In this document: positions 42,566 through 53,352 of the stretch, piece by piece | Layout of the letters: every line of letters begins with the position of its first letter | Numbering within the stretch: position 1 is the stretch's first letter | Assembly (NCBI GenBank): GCA_951812785.1 | Contig: OX638335.1 | Coordinates: 135,630-199,629 of the forward strand | Length of the DNA: 64,000 nucleotides | Source: an uncultured Gammaproteobacteria bacterium | Lineage (GTDB): Bacteria; Pseudomonadota; Gammaproteobacteria; UBA4575 | Direction: 5' to 3' | The notes under the pieces: generated by a model | The model's input: only the letters and a program-made list of their open reading frames with translations | What the model was told of the DNA's origin: nothing | The model's database searches: none | Translations under genes and position numbers: made by a program

Positions 42566-43604
42566 TCTATCATTCGCTGAACGCGTTTTAGCGTGGGCTG
42601 CCGATTATGGGCGTAAGCAATTACCTTGGCAGCAACAACGAACTGCTTATCGCATATGGGTATCGGAAATCATGTTGCAACAGACACAAGTCGATACAGT
42701 TATTCCATACTTTGAAAAGTTTATGCAAGCATTTCCCACAATGAGTGCACTTGCTAAATCAAAGCAAGATGAGGTTTTACATTATTGGTCAGGGTTGGGT
42801 TATTACGCGCGTGCACGTAATTTGCATAAAGCGGCACAATTAATTTGTGATAATTATCAAGGCAAATTTCCAACAAATATTGATGACGTGATAGCACTTC
42901 CAGGCATTGGCCGTTCTACGGCAGGCGCTATTTTGTCGCTTAGCTTTAATCAAAAACATACGATTCTTGATGGCAATGTAAAGAGAGTGTTAGCAAGGCA
43001 TCAGGCAATCGAAGGTTGGCCTGGGAGTACAAAAAATGAAAAATTATTGTGGGTTGTCGCCAGGCAGCAAACTCCTGAAACTAACAATGCACGATACACA
43101 CAAGCAATGATGGATTTAGGAGCAATTTTATGCACAAGATCTAAACCCAACTGTAAGCTATGCCCTGTAAGTAATGATTGCCTCGCGTTAGAGAAGGGCA
43201 GGCAAAATGAATTGCCACATTCAAAGCCTAAAAAGCAAATTCCTATACGTAAAACGGTCATGTTGGCAGTGACCAGTGAGCAGGCTGGATTGTTAATGCA
43301 GCGCCGACCTAATCAAGGAATATGGGGAGGGTTATGGAGTTTTCCTGAGTTTGATAGTGAGGAGAGTGCACTAGACTGGTGTTCAAGAACACTTCAGCAA
43401 GCGCCAAGAAATTATCAGACATTGGATCAAGTTAACCACACTTTCAGTCATTTTCGATTACAAATAACACCTATTTCGATCAAAATTAACACCCCTATAC
43501 ACTGGGTAATGGAAGCAGATGAATGGGTCTGGTATAAACACGGCTCTTCACAAGTGGGTTTGGCTGCACCTGTGAATCAATTGATTAAACAACTAGCAAT
43601 TTAA
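42555..43604 (+). CDS. mutY: Adenine DNA glycosylase
   Basis: HhH-GPD 'LPGIGRSTAGAI', FeS cluster 'C..x6..C..C..x5..C' ('CTRSKPNCKLCPVSNDC'), NUDIX-like C-terminus. Confidence 0.9.
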   Translation: MHTNLSFAERVLAWAADYGRKQLPWQQQRTAYRIWVSEIMLQQTQVDTVIPYFEKFMQAFPTMSALAKSKQDEVLHYWSGLGYYARARNLHKAAQLICDNYQGKFPTNIDDVIALPGIGRSTAGAILSLSFNQKHTILDGNVKRVLARHQAIEGWPGSTKNEKLLWVVARQQTPETNNARYTQAMMDLGAILCTRSKPNCKLCPVSNDCLALEKGRQNELPHSKPKKQIPIRKTVMLAVTSEQAGLLMQRRPNQGIWGGLWSFPEFDSEESALDWCSRTLQQAPRNYQTLDQVNHTFSHFRLQITPISIKINTPIHWVMEADEWVWYKHGSSQVGLAAPVNQLIKQLAI

Positions 43605-43613
43605 GGAGTCACC

Positions 43614-43886
43614 GTGGCTAGAATGGTGCAATGTGTTAAGACAGGTAAAGAAGGTGAAGGACTAGATTTTCCGCCTTATCCTGGAGATTTAGGCAAACGA
43701 ATCTACGAAAATATTTCTAAAGAAGCGTGGGAGTCCTGGGTGGGGCATCAAACGATGCTTATCAATGAATACCGATTAACGCCAGTCGATCCTAAAAATC
43801 GTAAATTTCTTGAAGAAGAAATGGAGAAATTTTTATTTGGTGAAGGGTCAGACATTCCCAAAGAATTTGTCGCTTCTAAAGAGTAA
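43614..43886 (+). CDS. yggX: Fe(2+)-trafficking protein YggX
   Basis: '[42 protein letters not shown]'. The mutY-yggX pairing is conserved. Confidence 0.9.
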   Translation: MARMVQCVKTGKEGEGLDFPPYPGDLGKRIYENISKEAWESWVGHQTMLINEYRLTPVDPKNRKFLEEEMEKFLFGEGSDIPKEFVASKE

Positions 43887-44048
43887 AGGTTGACTCATTC
43901 GCCGGGACCCGGTTTAATGTCGCCCTTTCTATCAGCGAATATTTCTAACTTCCTGATTTAAAACGAATATGAGTTCTAATTTATTAGAATAAAGGATCAG
44001 CGATTTAACTATCGCGCCAAGGATGGATCTAAACTCATATCAGCATCT

Positions 44049-44124
<76 letters not shown>

Positions 44125-44312
44125 TTAGCTTTTTATCAGTAAAAAAATCTTCTAACACCTTGAAAGGCAAACTAGTTTTAGCGGTTCGATAACCCTCTCC
44201 ACGCACATAGGTAAGACGGTCAGCAAAAGCAAGTTTTAGTACTGCTCTTTTGTCTTCTCATCGCTCAGAAGCCCAGAGTTTATAGGGGTTTGAGAGAAAT
44301 CCCAAAGCGGTT

Positions 44313-44900
44313 ATGAATAATGATAAGAAACCTCCAGCGCGGCCAACAGTAGCGCACAAAATAGAAGAAACGCAGAATAATTATTACGTTCAGGCGCTAA
44401 TGAGCGAGAGTGACGATGCCGAGCAAGGTGGCCTCAATATTAACGCCAGCGGTCGTAATAATTCTAGCTACACCAATTCATCCAAAAACAAAAAAGCTAG
44501 CGATCAAGTTTTCGATATCTTGATGCAGAATGATTTGGCCTTACAGCTTGCAGCCTCGAATGAACGATTGGCTAATTTAGAAGAAAAATATGGTGAAGAC
44601 TTTGATTTGAATATTCTCGCCGAGTTTGCGAATGATGAAGACTACAAACGCATCGCATCCATTCAAGATATCAATGCACGGCGCGATGCTGTTGCTGGGT
44701 TTGTAAAAGAAGGTGTCGAGAATGGCACCATTGACCCAGATAAATTACAGACTATTGATCCTGATGGTTGGTCAAAAGAGCGCACCGAAAACATGGATAT
44801 TAGGAAAAATTATGAGCATCAATATGAGCTCAAACAAGATCTAGAAATTGATAGCCCTAGCGCTAGCGTTAATCTTTCGGCGCCAGCACCATCGTTTTAA
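44313..44900 (+). CDS. Hypothetical acidic protein (195 aa)
   Basis: ORF only; no recognisable domain. Confidence 0.3.
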   Translation: MNNDKKPPARPTVAHKIEETQNNYYVQALMSESDDAEQGGLNINASGRNNSSYTNSSKNKKASDQVFDILMQNDLALQLAASNERLANLEEKYGEDFDLNILAEFANDEDYKRIASIQDINARRDAVAGFVKEGVENGTIDPDKLQTIDPDGWSKERTENMDIRKNYEHQYELKQDLEIDSPSASVNLSAPAPSF

Positions 44901-45462
44901 ATCACTATTTTTTCCATGTCGCTTTCTCAGCCATTGCAAACTCTTTCCATTTATTGAAGCCTTAATTTGAACATTAATAAAAAAAATCAACTTGGCTTCG
45001 TAAACTAGGTATCTTGCTTTTTCCTGTGCTTCACCAGGCTGTAAAGAATGGTCGTGAAGTAAAGTGCCACTGGCATAAAAGCTCATTGCGCTACCCGGTT
45101 TTTGATGTTGCTCTATAAAAACTTTAGCTTTTAAGCCATTATTTTTGTAGAGTTCGATGAACCATTGCTCAAGTTGGTCTATCGGTACATCTTTAAGACC
45201 TGTGCCTACATAAAGAGCAATACCAACATCACTTCTTTGGTCGCAAGAATATTCATAGGCTAAAAATGATGTTTCAGTATCAAGCAGGGCTTTACGAATT
45301 TCTTCTTTATGTTCATCCGTGCAGTTATCGTTAAACATGCCTGCATCAAGACCGTAATAAAGGGTTGGCTCATCCTTATCCAAGGTTTGTGCTGTACCCA
45401 TAAAAATACTTGCGCTAAGTCCAAGAATCAGGCACTTAAAAAAAGAACCTTTTTGCTAATGT
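44841..45462 (-). CDS. Secreted hypothetical protein; the signal peptide is restored only if the T7 run at ~45440 is read as T8
   Basis: 'MDISKKVLF' is in one frame and 'FKCLILGLSASIFMGTAQTL...' in the next. The junction is exactly at 'ttttttt'. Confidence 0.35.
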
Positions 45463-45639
45463 CCATTTGAAATAATTTAGCAAAAATCCATTACTAATAA
45501 GTACTTGATATCTAAAGAAAAGGAATTTGGATGAATAGAAAAATGTGCGCACCCTTAAAAGGTTCGTTTTTGTCTATGATATGGAAACTTCCTTTGTGCT
45601 ATTCAGTACAAAACACTTTCAAACAGGAGATTAATCCTG

Positions 45640-46146
45640 ATGCGATATGGTTATGTGCGAACGTCGACTAATAAGCAGCTAACTGACAGGCAAGTGAATG
45701 AGCTTGAAGGTGAATGCGATGAGGTCGTGATTGAAGATGGTGTGTCAGCGTGAAAGAAAAACCGTCCCAAATTCCAAACTTTGCTTTTAAGTTTAAAATC
45801 CGGCGATGAATTTGTTGTCATTGCGTATGACCGCACATTTCGATCAGTAATTGAAGGTTTGCATACTGTAGATGAATTAACAGCACGAGGCGTGATATTA
45901 AAATCACTAACGCAAAAACTTGATGTTACGACACCTGACGGGCGTTTGTTTTTTACTCTGACGATTGCCATTGGTGAATGGGAAGTGAATAATCTGAGTG
46001 CGCGAACAGTCAGCGGCCTAAAGGCCGCTATTCAGCGCGGTGAAAAATTAGGTCGGCCTCGTAATGGTGAAGACCTGCGCCAGCGCAAGAAATACCGTGA
46101 CACTGAATTGACGGTACAAAAAGAGACTATCCGAACAAATGCTTAA
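45640..46146 (+). pseudogene. Small serine recombinase (resolvase/invertase family) with in-frame TGA at ~45748
   Basis: RBS 'aggaga'. 'MRYGYVRTSTNKQ' (catalytic Ser), '...EDGVSA*KKNRPKFQTLL...DEFVVIAYDR...' collinear with Hin/resolvase. The stop replaces a conserved basic residue. Confidence 0.65.
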
Positions 46147-46619
46147 ACACTTAAAGATAACCCTACACGCAGATGCGCAGACATCTGTATTAACCCAGTG
46201 TAGGAATGGATGGAATTAGAAATCACTATGGGGCTGGCATGAGTGATACAAATGACATCAAGAGTCTCAATGATATTCCGATAGAAATCTTGAGAAAAGA
46301 AGGTTGGGCGCTTGATCATGTTTTTGTAGGCGAGCTTGAAAATACGATGCCTTCTTAATGCCTTGAGGTAATAACCAAACCAGCGCATATCAAAATCATC
46401 CGTGAATACATCATCAATTTCAGGAAGAGGGTAAGGCTGCCCTAGCTCATCGACAATTTCACCGTCATAGTCTCGAATGGCATCAGCTATTGCATCTAAC
46501 CAATCTCTTCGGCGAATCTCCATATTGCGCACCGCAATCCAAAGTCGATGGTAGTAGCTAGTCGATCTCAATTCTTCCTCGGTTGCCACCCTTATTATAT
46601 TTCTTTCCTTAGCCAACAT
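46143..46619 (-). CDS. Hypothetical protein (158 aa), convergent with the recombinase
   Basis: ORF only. Confidence 0.25.
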   Translation of the reverse strand: MLAKERNIIRVATEEELRSTSYYHRLWIAVRNMEIRRRDWLDAIADAIRDYDGEIVDELGQPYPLPEIDDVFTDDFDMRWFGYYLKALRRHRIFKLAYKNMIKRPTFFSQDFYRNIIETLDVICITHASPIVISNSIHSYTGLIQMSAHLRVGLSLSV

Positions 46620-46841
46620 AATGCCTCCCTAGCAATTAAATTAAAGTCAAAGTAATAAATAATCTTAACAGCGGTTATGTTAAAACTTGGGAAAAATAGA
46701 ATGAGGAATTGGGGAAGCCTTGGCTGTATTACGTTTTCATAATGTAATACATATGCGCACGTCAATACGATAGTATGCTCTTGTGCTAAAAATAAGAAAT
46801 TTTGTATGCGCTATGTTTTTTGTCTTCTAATTAGATCTGTT

Positions 46842-48940
46842 TTATTTAATCGGAATCTCAACTGATAATTCATCACCAATTTTTGTCGCACCCTTTTTAG
46901 CAATTATTTTAAATTTAATTTTTGTGTTTGATTCAAGATTCCGTAAAGTAAACTTTACAGACGAATTATCCTTTACTGTCACAATTGATCCGGGCTTTAA
47001 TACGATTGAAGTATTAGAAATTTTATCTTTAGCTGAATCCATGTCGGCACCATCAAGAGTAACTTCTACATAATCTGCTAACTTAATCTTATTTACTTTC
47101 TCAAAATTAAAGTGAAGAGTGATTGAACCAGCACCCTTGTCCTGTGTTACTTTGCTTGCGCCAGAATTAACTTTTACTAAATGTTTTAAAGGTGTAACCA
47201 ATCTTTGGTAGAAAATATCTTCATATATTTGATCATTATTTAATGACAAACTACTGCCTATAACTTTATTGGAGTCATCTAAATAAATATCATTGACCCC
47301 TAGAGCTGCCAACGAAGGGAAATCAAGTGCTAATGAGGTATTACTATTACTAGGCACTAAAGTTAATGGTCTCGTAATATCTTTCAATTGAATTTTTAGC
47401 TCTGCTGTTATTTTCGAAGGGTTTAAATTTTTCCCATTTTGTAAAATGATACTAGATTTTGTCTTTGTGTTATCATCAAGCACAACTAATTGACTAGATG
47501 GTGGTAATTGCTGCTTATTAATATTCAATTCAAACTTGGTCGCTGAATATGGAAATTTTTGTGTCATTGATACCAGGTCTAGCCAAATGTTTTTATGATA
47601 AACCCCACAGGGCAAAGTCCTGCCGCTACAGGGACTAACCTTTGTATTTTCAGCAATTTTATTCAAGATACGCTCAAAACCATCATAGTTATTCCCATAT
47701 ATTTTACCTAACAGATAATGAACCTCTGCGCTTTTTGGTTTTGTTTCTATATTCAAATTGCTCATCAATATGCTTGTTGCTTCAGCAATAGCATTTGCCT
47801 CAGATTTTAATAATGGTAGTTCTATACCTGTTTCCGCGTTTCGAGCCGACCATCTTTTTGTAGCCATTCGTCATCAGCAAATAAAAGTAATGTGACATAA
47901 TGAGTTCTTGGAATTGCAGAATAAGCCGATGATGCCTGAGTTGCTGCTCCAAATCGGGCTGAAATTGTATTATCTGTAATTTGTCCGACAGTGAATATAC
48001 TATTTTTATCATTAGCTAGTATGCTATCAATTTCCTGCGCACGGCGTCCTAAGCCAAACCCGGTTCCTACTCCAGTTCTTACCGCTGACAAAGCTACAGA
48101 CAGTGCGCGTATCGATTCTGCAACACGATTGCTATTAGAGTTTTCTAGGTTATCGGTCACAAAAATTGGCAGGACAATAACTCTATCTGGGACTGACTTT
48201 TCAAATGATTCGTCATCAACTGCCGATAACAATGAAATAATACTTTTTGATTCGTTTGGTTCATTTTGCGCAAAAAAACCTAACACTGAATATATGTCGT
48301 AAGGAACATTTCTAGCGTAAGGTAAAACTTGGAGTTGGAGTCTTACTAGAAAAGCTGTTTTGTTTTTATAAGTTGCCACATCCTCGATATACCTATTAAG
48401 AATTTGAACTTCTTGGTAAAGAGATGTTGCAGCGGTATATTGTAATATTGGATCATTTGCAATTTCCTTTGGTCTTTCAACGTTAGAAACTGGGGCAGAA
48501 TTATTTTCCAAGATCTTAGTTTGTTCAGGTACTTCGACTGATCCTTTCTCTTTGCTATCTAGAACAGTTGTGGTGGTTGTCGTTGTTGGCTCTTTCCCCG
48601 TAGTTTCCTGTGTTATTGCTTCTATTGATTCTGATGATGTCTTTTTTGATCCTGCCAAACCTATAGATACAGAGCCAACTAATGCATCTAAAATTCGTTG
48701 TTCGGCAATACTAGTTGTAGGTAATGACTTAGCAAGTGCTTGTTCTGCTGTAATAGTAAAATTTGGTGTTAAAGGCTCAATATACTTTTCTCAAGGCGCT
48801 ACTTGAACAATAGACAAATTTACAGATGCCAATTGGCCTTGGCTCTCAACTGTTACAGACTTGGTTTTATTTGTATTCGTCGCGCACCCAATACACACGA
48901 ACAGCCCAAAGCCGACACACACTATTGTTTTTATGATCAT
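46842..48940 (-). pseudogene. Large lipoprotein (~700 aa if contiguous) with in-frame TGA after the signal peptide and an A5-run frameshift
   Basis: 'MIIKTIVCVGFGLFVCIGCATN...SIVQVAP' then TGA in the same frame (rc of 48791-48793), then '..EKYIEPLTPNF...TTTTTTT...' (47822-48658 frame). Adding one A at the A5 run ~47855 would fuse it to ORF 46842-47867. Confidence 0.45.
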
Positions 48941-49023
48941 AACTAGTGATTATCAATCTTATTATCTTTATTTATCATTAACTATATGAAGTCATTATGG
49001 TATAATTACATATTACAACCACT

Positions 49024-50198
49024 TTGGATATAATTTGTTATATGGCAGGTTTTACTAACCATCGTTGGTCTCAAATCTTTGATAAATTAAACAGCAATCC
49101 TAGTAAATTTGGATTACCAGTCCGTAGAAATAAGTCTATTGATCTAGGATCATTTAATGCGCTCAAGCTTGGAGATGTTTCAAATAGCTCAAAAAGATGG
49201 GATTTCCTTACGAGAATAGCTTCAGGATTTGACTTGTTGGCAATTCAAGAGGTTATGGATGATCTTTCTGGTATTCGCCGTCTCCATAAATCTTTAGGTT
49301 CGGGATATAAACTGATTATTTCGGATACCACCGGCGCAGCACCGGGTTCGAGAGGCTTAAAAGAACGTTTGGCTTTTCTTTATCGAACATCTCGGATTGA
49401 GCTAAAAGAACTTGTCTCTGATATCACTTACGATCGCTCAATTATTATTTCTAAGCTCAGAGAAGATATAGATATTTGGAATTCTTTTTTCCAACACATT
49501 GATGATACAAATACTGACAGGGTGAAAAACAAAAGTCACTTGCAGATTTCTCGCTCCCAGAATTTTTAACTTTTATTCGCACTCCTTACTGCGCTTCATT
49601 TTCTATAAAACCAAAAAATAATGCTAAACCGATAGAGTTTCTTGGTGTCACTGCACATACTTTACATGGCAAAAGCAAGAGCGAGCGCACACGTGAATTT
49701 TTTGCATTATTAGAATGGCTAGTACTTAGGGCTAAGTCAGCTAACACAATGTATTTCAAAAATATGATATTGATGGGTGACCCAAATATACGGCTATCTG
49801 ACATTACCCAAACCCTTAATAACTTAAATAGCTCTTTACTCTCGGGTAGAGATGATAGCCAAGTTAATTTCCCATTTTTACATGTTCACCCAGATCAAAG
49901 ATCGCTTTTTGGTACAAATGCCCGAAGCGATGAAACATTTGACCATATTGCTTTCTTTATTGACCGGAATGGACGTCATCTACCATCAACAGGTGACAAT
50001 CGACAAGCAGGTCAACAGGGTCTAAATGACTATGATTTTGGTGTTTTCAATTTTGTTGAACTCATTTCTCAGGCTATTCATAACCTAAGCTTTCACGAGC
50101 TTACAAAGGCTCAGCAAAAGAGTCTTGTCAAAAATACAAAGGCCGACATATCGGACCACTTACCTATATGGGTAAGACTTCCTATTTCTGGGGCCTAA
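49024..50198 (+). CDS. Endonuclease/exonuclease/phosphatase (EEP) family protein, frameshifted at an A-run ~49530
   Basis: N-terminal 'FDLLAIQEV' and C-terminal 'SDHLPIWVRL' EEP motifs. The middle ('NAKPIEFLGVTAHTLHGK') is open in the second frame from 49515. Confidence 0.55.
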
Positions 50199-50329
50199 CC
50201 ACTCCTGCCAATATCTTTGGTGCAATACTAAATGCAGTTGCAATACAATGAAATTCACTTCACGCTTCACGCAAGCTGTGCTTTGTAATACCACTCAAAA
50301 ATTTAAACAATTTTTGGTGATTACAAAGC

Positions 50330-50650
50330 GCTTGGCAAGCAAAACCCGCTGCGCGTTTTGCGTTGCATCATTTCCGGCTTATGGCTTAGTTCGGCATCAA
50401 GCCTTCTTGCGCCAGCTATATCAAATTCCACGTTTACCCAAGTAGTTTGGATAAACATGCAATTCGATATAGAAAAAACTCTCTCGGCGAGGCCAAGGGT
50501 TCCATGCGACAGTGCGCCCTACGGGCTTTGCTTTGCATGGATACCATGCTCTTAATTTTGGATCGCTTCCCGATGGGTCAAGGGGCCGAGTTCTCGCCAA
50601 AGGCTGCGAGCCGCACCAACCCCTTGACCCATCTTGTAGCAAGGAATTTG
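50330..50650. other. GC-rich (~52%), highly self-complementary element within an AT-rich island; candidate structured RNA or relic
   Basis: Perfect 14-bp inverted repeat 'gatgggtcaagggg...ccccttgacccatc' (50581-50632) enclosing two mini-hairpins. Further stems: 'ccatgc...gcatgg' and 'gcaaaac...gttttgc'. No convincing coding frame. Confidence 0.3.
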
Positions 50651-50780
50651 GTTAAATCCCAGATTATTAACCTGAGAATTCTCGAAAATCGTCGATAAAC
50701 CTATGAATTTTATCTATTTTGCGCTACCTTAGCACTCTGTAACATTTATTGTTATCAGCATACAAAGAGTCAAAACTGTT

Positions 50781-51461
50781 ATGGCAAATTTGCTTAAAAC
50801 ATCTACATTTCTTGGCACGCTCAACGAATTTGAAGAAAAACACGCACCCAAAGAGCTTTACTATGAGGGCGATGCAGATCTTTTACATGAAGGCATAAGA
50901 ATTTCTATAGTCGGTTCTAGAAAAGCATCTGACGAAGGCATTCGCCGAGCACGTAGTTTCGCGACTGCATGTGTAAATCATGATATTACAATTGTGAGTG
51001 GTCTCGCCGATGGTATCGACTCTATTGCTCATGAGACTGCGATTGCACAAAGTGGCAAAACGATAGCAGTTTTAGGTACTCCTTTAGACAAAGCTTACCC
51101 GGCTAAAAATAAAGATTTATTAGAGCGCATAAAGAAAGAGCATCTAGCAATTTCACAGTTTCCTATTGGCTACCCCTTCAAAAAAGAAAACTTCCCAAGA
51201 AGAAATAGGACAATGGCCTTAATTTCAGACGCAACGGTGATAATCGAGGCAGGTGAAAAAAGCGGTACTCGTCACCAAGGCTGGGAAGCACTTCGTTTAG
51301 GCCGTCTTGTATTTATCATGAAAAATATAGTAGATGATGAAAACTTAACATGGCCGAAAGAAATGATTGAATATGGCGCACAGGTATTAAGCCGGGATGA
51401 TATGCCTGATGTTTTTTACGACATTCCAAGTTTTACAGCTGGGGCTTCGGTTGCTTTCTGA
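50781..51461 (+). CDS. shosA: DprA/Smf-like SLOG-domain protein (ShosA-like)
   Basis: DprA Rossmann-domain motifs 'IVGSRKAS', 'IVSGLADGIDSIAHETA', 'TIAVLGTPLDKAYP', 'FPRRNRTMALISDATVIIEAGEKSGT'. It lacks the SAM and winged-helix domains of true DprA. Confidence 0.65.
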   Translation: MANLLKTSTFLGTLNEFEEKHAPKELYYEGDADLLHEGIRISIVGSRKASDEGIRRARSFATACVNHDITIVSGLADGIDSIAHETAIAQSGKTIAVLGTPLDKAYPAKNKDLLERIKKEHLAISQFPIGYPFKKENFPRRNRTMALISDATVIIEAGEKSGTRHQGWEALRLGRLVFIMKNIVDDENLTWPKEMIEYGAQVLSRDDMPDVFYDIPSFTAGASVAF

Positions 51462-52098
51462 AATTGAATACGCAACATTTTGTAATTACTCGCCTAGAGG
51501 TACATCAGATTTATCTATTCACTCTAAAAAAGTTTGTGGGGCATTCAAAAACGGCAACATTGACACTTTAAATTCCACACTACCATACTTTAGTCAGCCA
51601 TCTGCTACTATTCTGTCTGCCTTTCTTAATCCACAAATAACATTAGTGCCAGTTCCCAGAAGTGCTCCATTAACAGATGGTGCCTTATGGCCATCTTTAG
51701 TAATAGCAGAATTCTTACAACGAAACGGATATGGACACGAGGTTTTACTTTGTATTAAAAGAAAAACTGCTGTTAGAAAGTCTTCTAGTTCTGCAAGCGG
51801 CAACAGGCCAGAAGTAAGCGAACATTATGAAAGTCTTGAAATAGAGCAACAACTCTTAGTGCCTGATGAGATTACTCTGATTGATGATGTTTTAACTCAA
51901 GGCAGAACAACTATTGCTTGCGCCTTAAGACTTGAAGAAGTTTTTCCAATGACAAAAATTCGAATTTTTGCAATGATGAGAACTCAAGGCTTTAAAGATG
52001 ATATTGACGAAATGGTGGAACCTATTTGCAATATTATAAATTATTATGAACCAAGCGGAAAACATATAGAAAAGACGATTAGCCTCATTGCTTTTTAG
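51397..52098 (+). CDS. shosT: Phosphoribosyltransferase-domain protein (ComF-like PRTase; ShosT-like)
   Basis: PRPP-binding motif 'ITLIDDVLTQGRTTIACA'. N-terminal Cys/His-containing segment. Overlaps the upstream gene by ~50-65 nt. Confidence 0.6.
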   Translation: MICLMFFTTFQVLQLGLRLLSEIEYATFCNYSPRGTSDLSIHSKKVCGAFKNGNIDTLNSTLPYFSQPSATILSAFLNPQITLVPVPRSAPLTDGALWPSLVIAEFLQRNGYGHEVLLCIKRKTAVRKSSSSASGNRPEVSEHYESLEIEQQLLVPDEITLIDDVLTQGRTTIACALRLEEVFPMTKIRIFAMMRTQGFKDDIDEMVEPICNIINYYEPSGKHIEKTISLIAF

Positions 52099-53335
52099 AA
52101 AAATTAGAGAACATAAAAAACATGCTCTTTTGACTATTTAGCTTCAACGTATCGCTTGGTTTAATTGTGTTAGCCTGTCTACGCTTTCCACCTGCTTCTG
52201 TAATAACCTCCATATCTGGGTTCTCAATAATCATTTCATGAATATCATCGCTATGAGCAGGTGTTTTACTATATGCTGTCGCATAAAAATCTTGGACTAA
52301 CAAAGCATCCCCAGATTCCGCAATAAACCTTGGAATATCATCGTATAAGTTTTCTTTAGCAGATTGTCGTGAATCATCATCAAATAAATACAACATGCCT
52401 TCCTCTTTGGGATCGTAAGAAAGCATATGCAAACCTGCGCGACCAAAGTGAGCCTGCGGCAAAGCATTTCTATGAAGAATATCGTTATAAGCTTGTCTTG
52501 CACGATATCTATTTGCAAAATGCATAAACCAGTATCGCCAACCCTTAGGATTCTTAATTGAGAATGGGCTTACATAAGACGCGCAATCTTCTAAATGCAT
52601 ATAAACAATTTTTTCAGCTTCCCCCATCCATTGCTTCTTTTCTAAGAGATTGGCATCAGATAACAAAGCATCAATTTTGGTTTTTACTTCTGGTTCTAGA
52701 GGCACACCAGATGCTTCTTTCTTTTGTGATAGAAATGTAAGCATGCTGCTAATCATGAACGTAAGCAGTATTTCTGCTGAATCCCATGACTTCATAATAT
52801 CTTTTATAATGTCAGTAGAAACAAGTGAATACCCGCATTGATCTAAATTAAAAAGCACATTGCTACATCTAGCAGAAAGCAATTTCTGTTTTACTTGAGG
52901 GTAGAGCAGTTCAAATTTTGAGTTAAAAAACTCTAATTCAACATATAGATTTTCGTTCTCATCTTTGATCGCTGCTAGGAAGGGGGCAGTGTTAGCGCGA
53001 AGCAGTTCTATAGCTTGTTTATTCTCGTCATTTAATATTAGCAAACATTCAATTTGAATAGGACGAATGCCTTGAGATTGCCGATGTAGGTTTATCTCTT
53101 TTGTTGTATTTTTTAAAACATCTAAAAATATAAGTGGTGAACCAAAACTGTTGCACTTATACAATCCCGCGCCACAAAACCCATCTACAATTGCCAATCT
53201 AAATTTTTCTCTCTTTGGCAGTTGGCATCTAATAATTAAGTATTCTCTAAAATATTGCGCAAGAATTTTATGCTTTTTCTTTGTATGATCTTTGAGTTCG
53301 GGACCATGTTCCCAATCATAATTTTTTGTCTCCAT
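52085..53335 (-). CDS. tcmP: Three-Cys-motif partner protein (TcmP-like)
   Basis: 416 aa. Immediately downstream of and co-directional with the three-Cys-motif gene. Family recalled from memory, not confirmed by search. Confidence 0.5.
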   Translation of the reverse strand: METKNYDWEHGPELKDHTKKKHKILAQYFREYLIIRCQLPKREKFRLAIVDGFCGAGLYKCNSFGSPLIFLDVLKNTTKEINLHRQSQGIRPIQIECLLILNDENKQAIELLRANTAPFLAAIKDENENLYVELEFFNSKFELLYPQVKQKLLSARCSNVLFNLDQCGYSLVSTDIIKDIMKSWDSAEILLTFMISSMLTFLSQKKEASGVPLEPEVKTKIDALLSDANLLEKKQWMGEAEKIVYMHLEDCASYVSPFSIKNPKGWRYWFMHFANRYRARQAYNDILHRNALPQAHFGRAGLHMLSYDPKEEGMLYLFDDDSRQSAKENLYDDIPRFIAESGDALLVQDFYATAYSKTPAHSDDIHEMIIENPDMEVITEAGGKRRQANTIKPSDTLKLNSQKSMFFMFSNFSKKQ

Positions 53336-53352
53336 GCTTTGTAGTCCCCCAA

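Noticed and set aside
45748-48793. In-frame TGA codons as selenocysteine or programmed recoding
   Set aside because: Neighbouring genes terminate with TGA (e.g. comM). The recombinase TGA replaces a conserved basic residue, which fits CGA->TGA. No SECIS-like element was evident.
50330-50780. Retron msr-msd ncRNA ahead of the DprA-like gene
   Set aside because: Retron ncRNAs are followed immediately by a reverse-transcriptase gene. No RT is present anywhere in the window. The downstream genes are DprA-like and PRTase, and the a1/a2-type flanking repeats were not found.
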